Counted from the stretch's first letter, positions 38,501 to 47,820 are shown. The stretch: 64,000 nucleotides of DNA from Candidatus Saccharimonadales bacterium (GCA_035510355.1 DATKHF010000001.1:3661-67660); one strand, 5' to 3'. Translations and numbers: made by a program. The notes: generated from the sequence alone by a model not told the origin.

Positions 38501-39116
38501 CGAGAGCACGTAGCAGCGTTGTAACAGGAATTTTTCGTTTGCGGTCAATCTTTACATACAGCACACCAGCAGCAGCGGTTTCAAACTCCAGCCACGCACC
38601 ACGACCGGGGATAACTTTGGCACCGTATAAATTAGTCGTGCCATGCTGATCAGATGTGAAGAATACGCCACTGCTGCGGATTAGTTGACTAACGACCACC
38701 CGTTCAGCACCATTAATAACAAATGTACCGCGATCAGTCATCCACGGATAATCACCAAGATAAATCTCTTGTTCTTTAACTTCGCCAGTTACTTTATTAG
38801 TCAGTACGACAGTTGCTTTCAATGGGGCTTCATAACTGACATTGTTCTCATGGGCTTCTGCCTCAGTTAACTTGGGAGCCTCAAAACGGGGGTCCTTCAA
38901 GCTCAAGCTGAGCTTCGTGCCAGTGTAGTCCTCAATCGGACTAATTTCTTCGAGAAGTTCGTGTAAACCCTCACTAATAAACCATTCGAACGATTTATTC
39001 TGATGGTTGACTAGATTTGGTAGATCTATTACTCCAGCAGCATCCGTGAAATAGGTGCGCCCTGATTTGCTAGTAGTTGTAGTATTTGTCTTCGACGTAG
39101 TGGTGCTCTTTGCCAT
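35523..39116 (-). CDS. rpoB: DNA-directed RNA polymerase beta subunit (Thr-rich N-terminus, acidic C-terminal tail)
   Basis: 1197 aa; conserved beta motifs (e.g. GEMEVWALEAYGA, NMQRQAVPL-like SNQQRQAVPL). Confidence 0.98.
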   Translation of the reverse strand: MAKSTTTSKTNTTTTSKSGRTYFTDAAGVIDLPNLVNHQNKSFEWFISEGLHELLEEISPIEDYTGTKLSLSLKDPRFEAPKLTEAEAHENNVSYEAPLKATVVLTNKVTGEVKEQEIYLGDYPWMTDRGTFVINGAERVVVSQLIRSSGVFFTSDQHGTTNLYGAKVIPGRGAWLEFETAAAGVLYVKIDRKRKIPVTTLLRALGMPEAQIRSAFQHVDQGKHNYINATLDKDPARGQNEALIEVYRRLRPGDLATVENARSLIENMFYNFKRFDFSRVGRYKINKRLDLNVPNTMANRAMRLEDLTAIIAEIIRLNNTQEPADDIDSLANRRVKLVGELVQRQFRIGLLRMERNTKDRMSMSEIETVSPGQLINARPVVAAVREFFASSQLSQFMDQINPLSELAHKRRLSSMGPGGLSRERAGFEVRDAHATHYGRICAVETPEGANVGLVLNLANYARINEYGFIETPYRKVINAVTAKDAVGHIAGIDLVDAKGKVIVKAGHKISASDAKSLAAVKDQVTWPVKALATTDIIYLDAAAEESAVIASAGEDLDADGHFNTERVSARRYLQSGEVDANEVTHMDAARNQIIGSSAGLIPFVEKDYVYRALMGSNQQRQAVPLIMPEAPIVGTGTEHASATNTGQLITAEANGEVTKATADEVVVKYQQGTKTYQPQHFVRSNEGTSINQKVVVSAGDKVKTGETLIEGMSIENGELALGKDLVVAFMPWAGYNFEDAIIISRRLVQDDTLTSINIVDFMLEVRETKLGPEIVTRDIPNVSEESLRHLDDSGVVHIGAEVHPGDILVGKITPKGEQELSSEERLLRAIFGEKAKEVRDTSQRMSNGKHGKVVGIKRFNKENGHELKAGVLEQIQIFVAQMRKIAVGDKLGGRHGNKGVIARILPIEDMPFMEDGTPVDIILNPLGVPSRMNVGQLFETHLGMAARALGMKVASPAFNGVSVDKIQSLLSEAGLPDDGKQQLYDGRNGEAFKERTTVGSMYMIKLNHMIADKIHARSTGPYTMVTQQPLGGKAQNGGQRFGEMEVWALEAYGAASTLQEMLTIKSDDVYGRSKAYEAIIKRTEIVGPKVPESFNVLVKELQGLGLKVDLVSSDQLVDAEAVLADNIKDEASHIAEVEVPAPTVSDIDVTEDATSVDEFADIDLAMDEGFTITTSDSDITDDAADPAVPIEVKEEEG

Positions 39117-39346
39117 ATTTAGCAGTATTCCCCCTGTTAAATTATAAGGCTTCGTAGCGTAGTTAAATACGACAGCCTTATATAATAATCGTTAATAATG
39201 GTTGTTGTGTTATTTGCGCGCGAAGGATACTAAGTGGCCGTTTTGGGTGCAATTTTGATACAAACATAGCACTGCCCGACTTATACTACTTCTTGTATTC
39301 TAGTCTGAACGCCCAAACCTAAATTGTCAAGTTTTTTAGTCGAAAC

Positions 39347-40099
39347 TTAGGCTGGCATATTTTTATGCGCTGTTTCTAGTGCTTCGCGCAGCCCAGGCAA
39401 TGTCCATATATTCATTCTCATTTGCAACACGGGTGCTGTCCAGGTTTCTTCTTCTGCAAGCCTTGCATCTGGCCCAAATGTTGCTTTTTCCTCTATCTCA
39501 ATCTCTCCACGAAGGTGTAGATTGGGATGATCGGCACTATAACGATTAGGTTGCATACTCCACCTTCCGAGATGATTTCGAAGTGCCTTCTCTTCAACAT
39601 AAGGGCGCCATGAAGCTGTACGGCCTGCTTTAACACCCTCAAGCATTAAAGCAACAAGAACCGGAATAACATATCCATTCTCCTTATCGTGGATATATTC
39701 GCTGAAAGCCAGATAGTCTTTGGACAGAAATGGTTGGACCGGAAGTTTCAGTTTAGCCGTACGTTCTGCTTCTCCTAACACCCCAGGCAACGTGCTTGAT
39801 ACTTCGTCATAGCCATGCACTAAAGCAACAATTCTACTGGTGTCTTGGTTCACAGCAACTGCAACCCGCGGGTTAACACGGAGGGTTCCGTGTCGAGCCA
39901 CAGTATCGGGGCGAGACCAGGAACTTACAGTTAAACGTCCAACGAAATATTCAACTTCCTCCGGTGTTCGATCCAATTCCTCAGCATAGAAATCAGCGCG
40001 GAGCGGTTGAATCTCACCAGTAAATCGGGCAGCAATAGCGGTAGGCTCTGTGAGCCAAAACCGAAGTCCTTCAACATTAATATCAGCCGCCTCAGCCAT
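39347..40099 (-). CDS. Orphan 250-aa protein downstream of clpP (where clpX is usually found)
   Basis: AGGAGAA SD 8 nt before ATG; no ATPase or other recognisable motif. Confidence 0.55.
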   Translation of the reverse strand: MAEAADINVEGLRFWLTEPTAIAARFTGEIQPLRADFYAEELDRTPEEVEYFVGRLTVSSWSRPDTVARHGTLRVNPRVAVAVNQDTSRIVALVHGYDEVSSTLPGVLGEAERTAKLKLPVQPFLSKDYLAFSEYIHDKENGYVIPVLVALMLEGVKAGRTASWRPYVEEKALRNHLGRWSMQPNRYSADHPNLHLRGEIEIEEKATFGPDARLAEEETWTAPVLQMRMNIWTLPGLREALETAHKNMPA

Positions 40100-40149
40100 A
40101 GAAAACTTCTCCTGTTTTATTATATTATACTAGTACTTTGCAAGTTTAG

Positions 40150-40764
40150 CTACTTTGTCGCTTTTGGCAGATTGTTGATAACATCGTCCACGAGACCATA
40201 TTTTTTAGCCTCATCGGCAGTCATCCACTTATCACGTTCCATGTCCTGCTGGATCTTCTCAACTTTTTGACCTGTATTTTTGGCCATAATCTCATTTAAA
40301 CGACGCTTTACACGTAGTGATTCTTTAAGATCAATCTCCATGTCCGTCACTTTTCCACGAGTGCCACTCGATGGCTGGTGAATCATGGCAGTGGCGTTCG
40401 GCAGGATATAACGTTTGCCTTTGGCGCCTGAGCTCAGTAAGAAAGCAGCTGCTGATGCCTGTATGCCAATGCCGACAGTCTGAACGTCATTACTGACAAA
40501 CTGCATAGTGTCATAGATTGCTAGCGCATCATACACGCTACCGCCTGGACTGTTGATATAGAGAAAAATATCTTTTTTTGGATCTTCCGACTGTAAAAAT
40601 AAGAGCTGAGCAACAATAAGATTAGCAGTGGTCTCATTTACGTCGGTTCCAAGGAAAATAATGCGATCTTTTAGTAAACGGCTATATATATCGTAGGCCC
40701 GTTCAAAACGTCCTTCGCTTTCAATAACTGTTGGTATTAAAACTTGAGATGTTGGATTATTCAT
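40150..40764 (-). CDS. clpP: ATP-dependent Clp protease proteolytic subunit
   Basis: Start moved to [15 protein letters not shown] (ATG 40764) because a -35/-10 pair lies inside the longer ORF; ClpP motifs [15 protein letters not shown]. Confidence 0.9.
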   Translation of the reverse strand: MNNPTSQVLIPTVIESEGRFERAYDIYSRLLKDRIIFLGTDVNETTANLIVAQLLFLQSEDPKKDIFLYINSPGGSVYDALAIYDTMQFVSNDVQTVGIGIQASAAAFLLSSGAKGKRYILPNATAMIHQPSSGTRGKVTDMEIDLKESLRVKRRLNEIMAKNTGQKVEKIQQDMERDKWMTADEAKKYGLVDDVINNLPKATK

Positions 40765-40771
40765 ACCATGG

Positions 40772-40800
40772 AGTATACGCACCAAATTGGCACTCGTCAA
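40772..40800 (-). promoter_or_regulatory. Sigma70-like promoter for clpP (leaderless geometry)
   Basis: Minus strand TTGACG (40800-40795), 17 nt, TATACT (40777-40772), 7 nt, ATG 40764. Confidence 0.5.
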
Positions 40801-40809
40801 GCCTGAGTG

Positions 40810-41295
40810 CTAATTCAGGCTTTCTTCACCAATACCAAAAAATTGTAACTCTTGTAAATGCTGCACAGGCAGCCACATACGATTCATTTCTTCCATAACA
40901 TATGAGCCCTCAGCTTTTCTTTTCACTACCAGCTCAAGGTACAAATCAGGTAAAGCTCCATATCGTGCAACGCCGTTACTGGTAACAATCTCATTCATAA
41001 TTAATACGCCGTTCAGTTCACCGTACCCTTTAGTGGACACAATAGGTGACGTTGAATTAGGTCTTTCTTGGCCGGGCCTCTCAATGACAGCATAGTGCGT
41101 ACGATATCCGACTAGCGTATCGGCCCAATCACTTAAGTGCTCGTTAATAAAACTCCACATAATATCCTGGCTTCTATAATCAGTGTTAAACTCTGCCATA
41201 GTCACCGTACGTAGCACGTCAGCCAACGTGTTACATTGGGATGGTGAGGGCACCGCAACGAGTTTAGCTGTTTTTTCTAGGTTAAGCTCCGACAT
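40810..41295 (-). CDS. Orphan 161-aa protein between tig and clpP
   Basis: Overlaps tig 3' end by 14 nt in another frame; no SD seen; no recognisable domain. Confidence 0.45.
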   Translation of the reverse strand: MSELNLEKTAKLVAVPSPSQCNTLADVLRTVTMAEFNTDYRSQDIMWSFINEHLSDWADTLVGYRTHYAVIERPGQERPNSTSPIVSTKGYGELNGVLIMNEIVTSNGVARYGALPDLYLELVVKRKAEGSYVMEEMNRMWLPVQHLQELQFFGIGEESLN

Positions 41296-42565
41296 AGGAC
41301 ACGAGTTTAGCTAAGGTCTTCTCAGTCAATAGACGACTCATAATGTCACGACGGTTTTCGGGCTTACTGAGCTCTCCCTGCATCTTTACGTCTTGGTACT
41401 GGCCTTTAAGAATTTGGAGGCGGATTTCAAGCTCTTCGGGAGTAACGATAATACCTTCCTTGTCCGCAATTTCACTGAGCACCAAACCACCCTTAACACG
41501 CTGCTCAGCTTGTCCACGATTACGCTCACGATGCTGTTCCTCGGTAATGCCTTCCACTTTGAGATGCTCTTGCCAAGTCTGGCCACGGTAAGTGAGATTT
41601 TGTCGCTCTTCTTGCTCCATCGATTCAAGCTGCTCATCAACCAAAACTTTCGGGATACTAACAGTAGCTTTCAAGGTGATCATGTTCACGAGCTCGTTTT
41701 CAAACGCTGATTCAGATTCTCGCTCTCGTTCGGCTGTCAATTGTTTTTTTATATCAGCCTTAAGCTCAGTTAAGGTTTTGAATGGCCCGACCTTAGCGGC
41801 GAATGCATCATCAACTTTGGGTTCAGTTGCCTCATTAACTTGTTTAGCGGTGACCGTAAAGCTAACTTTGCGGTTTTGAAGTGAGGTTACGTTGTAATCA
41901 TTTGGAAACGTAATGGTAAAGGTTTTTTTATCGCCGGTTTTTAAGCCAACTACTTCTGGTTCAAACCCTGGGATAAATGTATTGCTACCAAGCAATAACG
42001 GGTAATCTTTGCCATCTGCCCCAGCAATAGGCTCTTTGGTTTTATTATCAACCCCAATAAAGTCTATCGTGACTTCATCGCCATCTTTAGCCACACGTTT
42101 GACTTCTTTTTTCTCCGCTTCTCGAACTTTTAGACGGTCGATAACTTCGTTTATGTCTTTGGCGGTGATGGTTACTGACTTCTTATCAAGCTTGATATGT
42201 TTGTAGTCAGGAAGCGTAACTTCGCCAACCGTACCCATTTCGGCCGTAAACTCAAGGGTCGTAAATGGTACAAACTTGCTAATTTCAACTTGAGGTTGTT
42301 CAACTGGTCGGATTTTTGTCTGGTTTGCTGCCTCAACATACAACATATTAATTGCTTCATCGAGAAATTCAGACTGTAAGCGTGAGGGCTCAAGACTTTT
42401 CTCAACCAAACCTGCTGGCGCCTTACCGGCACGAAAACCTTGGAGCTTTACATCTTTAGATAATTTACCAACTACTTGTTGCTTTATTCGATCCAGCTCA
42501 GCTGAACTGGCAGTGATTGAAAGCTTCACTCTGGTATCGGCTAGATTTTTTTTCGTAACTTGCAT
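41282..42565 (-). CDS. tig: Trigger factor
   Basis: About 427 aa from ATG 42565 (MQVTKKNL; ORF track starts 2 codons earlier at GTG 42571); N-terminal ribosome-binding GFRAGKAP motif, FKBP-like middle domain. Confidence 0.9.
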   Translation of the reverse strand: MQVTKKNLADTRVKLSITASSAELDRIKQQVVGKLSKDVKLQGFRAGKAPAGLVEKSLEPSRLQSEFLDEAINMLYVEAANQTKIRPVEQPQVEISKFVPFTTLEFTAEMGTVGEVTLPDYKHIKLDKKSVTITAKDINEVIDRLKVREAEKKEVKRVAKDGDEVTIDFIGVDNKTKEPIAGADGKDYPLLLGSNTFIPGFEPEVVGLKTGDKKTFTITFPNDYNVTSLQNRKVSFTVTAKQVNEATEPKVDDAFAAKVGPFKTLTELKADIKKQLTAERERESESAFENELVNMITLKATVSIPKVLVDEQLESMEQEERQNLTYRGQTWQEHLKVEGITEEQHRERNRGQAEQRVKGGLVLSEIADKEGIIVTPEELEIRLQILKGQYQDVKMQGELSKPENRRDIMSRLLTEKTLAKLVSYVGA

Positions 42566-42605
42566 GAGCACCCACTGTAACAGATTAGATATCTAAGCGC
42601 AAACC

Positions 42606-43064
42606 CTAAACTTTGAGAACCTTAACAAGAATTGTAATAGCCGCGATAGCCCACAGGCCTTCCACGATTAGACCAGACGGATGCTCAAACCATTGAATTT
42701 TCCTATGGAAACGAGCGAGCCAATATTTAGACTGCTTGACGGTATTGCCAGATTGCGCAGCAAAAAACTTTTTAGCCCACATCAAATCAGGCGAAGTGGC
42801 CACGAACGCACAAATCGAACCAAGCAGCCAATGGCTTGGTTGCTGAGTCGCTAAAGCTATGACTAATAGGATGCATAGTAGCGCATCAGCAGTAAGCCAG
42901 TTGCGAAAGAACTTAGAGCCCGGGTCAGAAATTTGGCCACCACCTAAGTGTGGTATTCCGTCAAGTACGAAATGCGAAGCAAATGCTAACGGTATAGCAA
43001 GTAAGGGATTACCAATAGATAGCCCAATAACAGCGCCCGTCAGGGCATGATTAGTAGCCGTCAT
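42606..43064 (-). CDS. Membrane protein, YdjM/DUF457-like (putative metal-dependent hydrolase)
   Basis: 152 aa; N-terminal HALTGAVIG...SHFVLDGIPH pattern; weak family guess. Confidence 0.4.
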   Translation of the reverse strand: MTATNHALTGAVIGLSIGNPLLAIPLAFASHFVLDGIPHLGGGQISDPGSKFFRNWLTADALLCILLVIALATQQPSHWLLGSICAFVATSPDLMWAKKFFAAQSGNTVKQSKYWLARFHRKIQWFEHPSGLIVEGLWAIAAITILVKVLKV

Positions 43065-44353
43065 TGCTGGCGAGAATCTTTTAAAATAGTTGCAATACTT
43101 TTCAGGTCGGTCTTTTCTTCTTTACCGGTTTCTAAGTTTTTAAGCGTGAACTGCTCATCGGCTAGCTCCTTAGCACCAATAAATATCACGTAGTTAATAC
43201 CTTTTTTTACAGCCGTCTTGATCTGCTTATCAATACTCCGACCGCTCAAATCGACAGCAACATTCAGGGACATTTTCCGGAGATCAGATGCAGCTTTTTG
43301 AACACCTGGAGACAGCCCATCAACTAGAGCTATATATGCGTCTGTTTCTGATCGGGATGCTGGCAATAAGCTATGAACATCCAAAAAATCCTGCAAGGTG
43401 ACATCACCCATGCCAAAACCAACGCTAGCAACTGACTCAGCCCCAAATAGCCCAACAAGTCCATCATACCGGCCGCCACCGAACATCGATCGATTGTTCT
43501 CCGGATTAGTGTCAAATACTTCAAATACGATGTCAGTGTAATAATCAAAACCACGCATTAAGCTTAAATCGTCGACGATATTCGTAACTCCTCCGACAGC
43601 TAACAATTTTTTTAACTCCATTAATTCCTGCACCGAGGCGTGCTTGCCGTACTTTTCAGGCAGATCGTCAAAAGATTGCACTGACAGTAATTCATGAAGT
43701 TCTTTGGCCTTCTCGGAGTCTACTAACTTGCTGAGCGCTGCAAAAAACTCATCATGTGGCATTTTAGCCTTATGATCTATCAAACGTATAACAGGCAATA
43801 CCTTATCAACGTCTTCGCTTACATAATCATGCAGTATTGCGTTAATAAGTTTGCGGCTATTAAGCCGAATTGCATACATGTCAGGAGTTGCGCCATAGGC
43901 CTTCATAATGGCGTCAGCTACGAAGATAATTTCCATTTCGGCCGTAAGTGCTTCAACGCCAAAAATATCGACGTTAAGCTGCCAGTGCTCCCGCAGACGA
44001 CCGCGCTGAGGTCGTTCATAGCGCCAGAGGTTAGGAATGCTGTACCATCGTAGTGGATATGCCAACTCTTGGCGCTTGGCGGCAACCATACGACTGACCG
44101 TAGGTGTCATCTCGGGACGAATTGTAACTTTACGCCCTCCACGATCCTCAAAACTGTACGTTTGTTCAGTAACTATCTCTTCGCTACTTTTGCTTAAATA
44201 TAGTTCTAATGGCTCAATGATTGGTGCATCGTATTCTTCATAGCCATACCGCTCAACTACTGACCGCATCGTATTAAACATGTATTTTTGCGCGCGTTTG
44301 TCAGCAGGGTAAAAGTCTCGCGCGCCTTTATATGGTTGAGTCGGTAAAGCCAT
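43061..44353 (-). CDS. hisS: Histidine--tRNA ligase
   Basis: 430 aa; class II motifs, RPEMTPTVSRMVA, GGGRYDGL. Confidence 0.92.
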   Translation of the reverse strand: MALPTQPYKGARDFYPADKRAQKYMFNTMRSVVERYGYEEYDAPIIEPLELYLSKSSEEIVTEQTYSFEDRGGRKVTIRPEMTPTVSRMVAAKRQELAYPLRWYSIPNLWRYERPQRGRLREHWQLNVDIFGVEALTAEMEIIFVADAIMKAYGATPDMYAIRLNSRKLINAILHDYVSEDVDKVLPVIRLIDHKAKMPHDEFFAALSKLVDSEKAKELHELLSVQSFDDLPEKYGKHASVQELMELKKLLAVGGVTNIVDDLSLMRGFDYYTDIVFEVFDTNPENNRSMFGGGRYDGLVGLFGAESVASVGFGMGDVTLQDFLDVHSLLPASRSETDAYIALVDGLSPGVQKAASDLRKMSLNVAVDLSGRSIDKQIKTAVKKGINYVIFIGAKELADEQFTLKNLETGKEEKTDLKSIATILKDSRQQ

Positions 44354-44431
44354 AGAATGTTCCCATCATACAATATTTTGCTAATCGGATTGGTGGTTAA
44401 TGTAATGTGTGCCGTTTTGGAGTACTAATTA

Positions 44432-44508
44432 TGGTGGGTGATGAGGGATTCGAACCCCCGACCCCCTGAGTGTAAATCAGGTGCTCTAGCCAGCTGAGCT
44501 AATCACCC
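44432..44508 (-). tRNA. tRNA-Val (anticodon UAC)
   Basis: Minus strand GGGTGAT-TA-GCTCAGCTGGCTAGAGC-A-CCTGA-TTTACAC-TCAGG-GGGTC-GGGGGTTCGAATCCCTC-ATCACCC-A-CCA. Confidence 0.9.
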
Positions 44509-44560
44509 ATAAATATCGCTACCGTCCTATAAGCCTCGTAGATTATATCATGATACGTCA

Positions 44561-44589
44561 TTGATTTTCTGAAGCACGACCCGTATCCT
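44561..44589 (+). promoter_or_regulatory. Candidate promoter for tRNA-Leu(GAG)
   Basis: TTGATT (44561-44566), 17 nt, TATCCT (44584-44589), 15 nt before tRNA 5' end. Confidence 0.45.
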
Positions 44590-44604
44590 ATGAGGGAGTT
44601 AGAT

Positions 44605-44688
44605 GCGCGAGTGGTGGAACGGTAGACACACTTGTCTGAGGGGCAAGCGCCGCAAGGCTTGGAGGTTCAAATCCTCTCTCGCGCACCA
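44605..44688 (+). tRNA. tRNA-Leu (anticodon GAG), type II
   Basis: GCGCGAG-T-GGTGGAACGGTAGACAC-A-CTTGT-CTGAGGG-GCAAG-long variable arm-GGAGGTTCAAATCCTCT-CTCGCGC-A-CCA. Confidence 0.9.
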
Positions 44689-44690
44689 AA

Positions 44691-46349
44691 TTACCCACGC
44701 GGCATGTGATCATACCAAGAACCAAGAGAATAATCTCGTCTGAGAAGTGGCTTGAGGTCATCTAATGTAGCATTTACTTTGACGCCAGGGTTAAGTGTTC
44801 CGTAGGGGTCGAATATCTGCTTAAGCTTCTGGAAGAGGCCATATGCAGTCTCACCATACAGTTTATGTAGGTACGGTGTGCGTAGACGACCATCACCATG
44901 TCCACCGCTTGTGCTGCCACCTAAATCATTAATGAGTTCACTATATTCATCAAGTAGACGGAAAAGTAATTGACGGTCACCAACTTGGTTGAGGTCAAGG
45001 TAAGGCATAATGTGCAGGTTTGCATCGCCAGCGTGACCCCAAATTGCTGATTTGATATGGTTCCGCTCTAACATTTGATACGTACCATCAAGATATTCGG
45101 CTAATTTTTCAGGCGGCACAATTCCGTCTTCGATAAACGGTAGTGCATGCTTCTTGCCTTTGTTGTGAGCTAGAACGGTTGCAACGCTATGTCGTAATTT
45201 CTGTAACTGTCGCTGCTCTTCCTCTTCTGTAGCAAGTCGTTGAGATATTGCATGTTTCTCAAATATCTTTTCGGCTTTTTTGGCAGCATGTTTCTGGGTT
45301 CGCTCATTGGCGTCGTCAAATTCTACAATAATAATAACCTTTGGAAATGGTTTGACTATGATCTCTTTTAATTGACTAGGGTTTATCTCGTTCACTAGAT
45401 CTAGCAGACCTTCATCGAGCATTTCAATCGATGACGGCAAATCTGAAAGTCTCCGTAGCGCACTAACGGCTTGAGCAGCTAAATTGACGTCATCAAACAT
45501 TCCTACAAGTAAAGTAGTTGTTGGAGTATGCGGCAACGTATCGAGCGTGATTTCAGTAATTATACCGAGGGTACCCTCAGAGCCAACGAATAGTGGCGAG
45601 AGATCAAAACCGTTCTTAGTTTTAATATCGAGTAAATCATAACCGGCTGTATTTTTCGTAACACCCCGGCGCATTCCTTCAATTGTCTCACGGTTTTCTT
45701 CAAGTAAGGCATCCATCGCACGATAAATTTCTCCTTCAAATGTGGCTAAACCGAGCTTTTTATTCAGTTCGCGCTTGCCAAGTGGCTGGGTATCAATCAC
45801 TTCACCATTAGCCAAGACAACCCGCAAACTCTGGACAAATGTACGTGTATCGCCATACTTAAAGGACTTATCACCACTTGAGTTCTTAGCTACAGCCCCG
45901 CCAACAGTGGAATACTCTAGCGTACTCGGTGCGGCCGGCAAGAACAAACCGTGCGTGATCAACGTTTGCTGCAATTTACCATAGTTAATGCCAGGCTCAA
46001 CAACAACCTGGCCACTTTTACTATCAATCTCAATAATGCGGTTCATATGAGCCGGAAAGGCCATGATAACTCCAGAGCCTAGTGCTGCACCAGTTTGATC
46101 GGTTCCACTACCTCGTGCGGTAATCGGGATAATACGGCCGCGTTCGGCCAATTGCCAAGTAAAACGGGCTGTCTTACGTACATCGCCTTCGCTCCGTGGA
46201 TAGACAACCGTCGTAGGTAATAAAGTAAAGATGCTGGCGTCGGTAGAGAAGTATTCACGAGCATCACTGGAGTCCATTACTTCGCCAGTTAAATGCTCTT
46301 GTAAATACTGTGTGACCTTACTCATAGATCCGTATGTAACCCTCCACAT
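44691..46349 (-). CDS. FAD-linked oxidase (GlcD / D-lactate dehydrogenase-like)
   Basis: 552 aa; N-terminal FAD_binding_4-like region (ARGSGTDQTGAALG) and C-terminal FAD-oxidase domain (GDANLH, GHGDG); true start may be MSKVTQ at 46325. Confidence 0.8.
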   Translation of the reverse strand: MWRVTYGSMSKVTQYLQEHLTGEVMDSSDAREYFSTDASIFTLLPTTVVYPRSEGDVRKTARFTWQLAERGRIIPITARGSGTDQTGAALGSGVIMAFPAHMNRIIEIDSKSGQVVVEPGINYGKLQQTLITHGLFLPAAPSTLEYSTVGGAVAKNSSGDKSFKYGDTRTFVQSLRVVLANGEVIDTQPLGKRELNKKLGLATFEGEIYRAMDALLEENRETIEGMRRGVTKNTAGYDLLDIKTKNGFDLSPLFVGSEGTLGIITEITLDTLPHTPTTTLLVGMFDDVNLAAQAVSALRRLSDLPSSIEMLDEGLLDLVNEINPSQLKEIIVKPFPKVIIIVEFDDANERTQKHAAKKAEKIFEKHAISQRLATEEEEQRQLQKLRHSVATVLAHNKGKKHALPFIEDGIVPPEKLAEYLDGTYQMLERNHIKSAIWGHAGDANLHIMPYLDLNQVGDRQLLFRLLDEYSELINDLGGSTSGGHGDGRLRTPYLHKLYGETAYGLFQKLKQIFDPYGTLNPGVKVNATLDDLKPLLRRDYSLGSWYDHMPRG

Positions 46350-46474
46350 TTTGATTGTTGGTTTCCTACAAGCTATAATAGCATAAACTTTACGGCTGGT
46401 AATTCATTAGCAGGATACTTACTTTTCCATAGAAGTTGGCTGATGTATAAATGCCTTAAACTGTAAGGGCGAAA

Positions 46475-46909
46475 CTATCCATCAATAAAGGCTGCAACTT
46501 CGGACCCACCAGGCTGGGCCGAGATAGGCAGTTCTGCTCCAGCCCTATCGGCCACAGCTGATGCTGCAGCGTCACTAAACATAACACCATCTTGCTCCGC
46601 GTTTGATATACCATATGCAAACCTCGCAGTAAGTAACCCAGCCAGTACTAGTCGCTTACCGGTGGCTTCTGGCAAGATAGGCCTACCACCCCGACGCGTG
46701 ACTGCTAGTCCAGCAGCAACCACGGCCGTGGCTGCAAAGCTAAAATTTCCTATACGTCGATAGAGATCGGCTCTATTCACATGTCTTGCACGAACTGATT
46801 CTATCGTGTCCATAACACCGAGTTCAGCCGGAAGCATTCTCGTCGGTTTAGAACCTACATCATCTTCAGGTGCTTGCGGGTCTCGTTCGGTCATGTCACT
46901 AGTATCCAT
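46475..46909 (-). CDS. Hypothetical membrane-anchored protein (GC-richer than surroundings by eye)
   Basis: 144 aa; acidic N-terminus then two hydrophobic segments; no recognisable domain. Confidence 0.45.
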   Translation of the reverse strand: MDTSDMTERDPQAPEDDVGSKPTRMLPAELGVMDTIESVRARHVNRADLYRRIGNFSFAATAVVAAGLAVTRRGGRPILPEATGKRLVLAGLLTARFAYGISNAEQDGVMFSDAAASAVADRAGAELPISAQPGGSEVAAFIDG

Positions 46910-47110
46910 TACTTACACATATTCTCAAAGCATGAGCGTGTAAGCGTCGATTGATAAAAATGGTGGACTTGAAGCACTTTCTTTCGAACACCTTTTAGGC
47001 TGGTTAGACTGTTTATTGAAATTTTTATATATAATATAAGTGGCAGATTACGTGGATGAGCCAAGTTGCTCATCGAGTCCAAAGTTTCTGCCTTTTTTAT
47101 ACTATGACAC

Positions 47111-47140
47111 TTGACTAGTTACACTATTGTAGTGTACACT
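47111..47140 (+). promoter_or_regulatory. Promoter with palindromic operator for VapBC-like pair
   Basis: TTGACT (47111-47116); perfect inverted repeat TACACTA-TTG-TAGTGTA at 47120-47136 overlapping the -10 region (TACACT 47135-47140). Confidence 0.45.
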
Positions 47141-47371
47141 ATGAACATTATGAAGAATATAACACTATCTGCCCCTGAAGAACTAATTGAAAAAGCTCGG
47201 AAAGAGGCGTATGCAAATGGTACTACTCTGAACCAGGAATTTCGTGAGTGGTTAGAGTCAAGAAACATGAGCGGCGAAGAACATGTGGCTCAATATAGAC
47301 AACTATTAAAAAAACTATCACATGTCAATGCAGGACGTAAGTTTACTCGTGATGAAATGAACGAACGATAA
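47141..47371 (+). CDS. Type II antitoxin (RHH/VapB-like, putative)
   Basis: About 76 aa from ATG 47141 (or 47150); ORF-track TTG start at 47111 coincides with the -35 box; precedes PIN toxin by 4 nt. Confidence 0.55.
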   Translation: MNIMKNITLSAPEELIEKARKEAYANGTTLNQEFREWLESRNMSGEEHVAQYRQLLKKLSHVNAGRKFTRDEMNER

Positions 47372-47375
47372 AGTT

Positions 47376-47804
47376 ATGACAAAACAGGATAAGGTTTTCT
47401 TTGATACTAACGTACTTGTTTATCAGTTTGATAAAACAGCACCAAGAAAGCAGCAACAAGCTATAGAACTGATCGAAAAATATATAGCAAACAAGCAGGC
47501 TGTCATAAGCTCACAAGTATTACAAGAGTTTATGAATGTCTCATTAAAGAAATTCGATACTAAATTATCGATAGATCAGTTAGAACTAGTCATGGATGAT
47601 CTACTAATACCGATGTGTCATCACTTTCCGGTTTTCGATTATTACAAGCGTGCACTTAGATTTTATTCATCAAATAGCATAAGTTTTTATGATGCTTTGA
47701 TCATACAAGCTGCTTTAGATTTAAATTGTAGAGTTCTTTATAGTGAAGATTTTCAGGATGGTCAGAAATTCGATGGACTGACTATAAAGAATCCTTTCTC
47801 GTGA
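47376..47804 (+). CDS. vapC: PIN-domain toxin (VapC family)
   Basis: 142 aa; N-terminal VFFDTNVLVY acidic PIN motif, later YDALI and SED acidic residues. Confidence 0.75.
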   Translation: MTKQDKVFFDTNVLVYQFDKTAPRKQQQAIELIEKYIANKQAVISSQVLQEFMNVSLKKFDTKLSIDQLELVMDDLLIPMCHHFPVFDYYKRALRFYSSNSISFYDALIIQAALDLNCRVLYSEDFQDGQKFDGLTIKNPFS

Positions 47805-47820
47805 TAATTAAAGTCCGTTC

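Noticed and set aside
10997-39000. Numerous plus-strand ORFs of 60-150 aa inside rpoA, secY, rpsE/rplR, tuf, fusA, rpoC, rpoB and other genes (for example 10997-11440, 16068-16523, 29050-29379, 35811-36194)
   Set aside because: They are antisense or alternative-frame shadows of long, strongly conserved genes. Their composition is low-complexity and they have no start signals.
31697-39116. Inteins or introns in large core genes (rpoB, rpoC, recG, radA, clpC) and tRNA introns
   Set aside because: Protein lengths and motif spacing are normal and contiguous. All six tRNAs fold without insertions.
39144-39181. 13-bp interrupted hairpin (ATAAGGCTTCGTA / TACGACAGCCTTAT) upstream of rpoB as a regulatory leader
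   Set aside because: A TATAAT box overlaps its 3' arm on the minus strand. The hairpin may therefore lie upstream of the transcription start rather than in the mRNA. It has no U-tract, so the evidence is insufficient either way.
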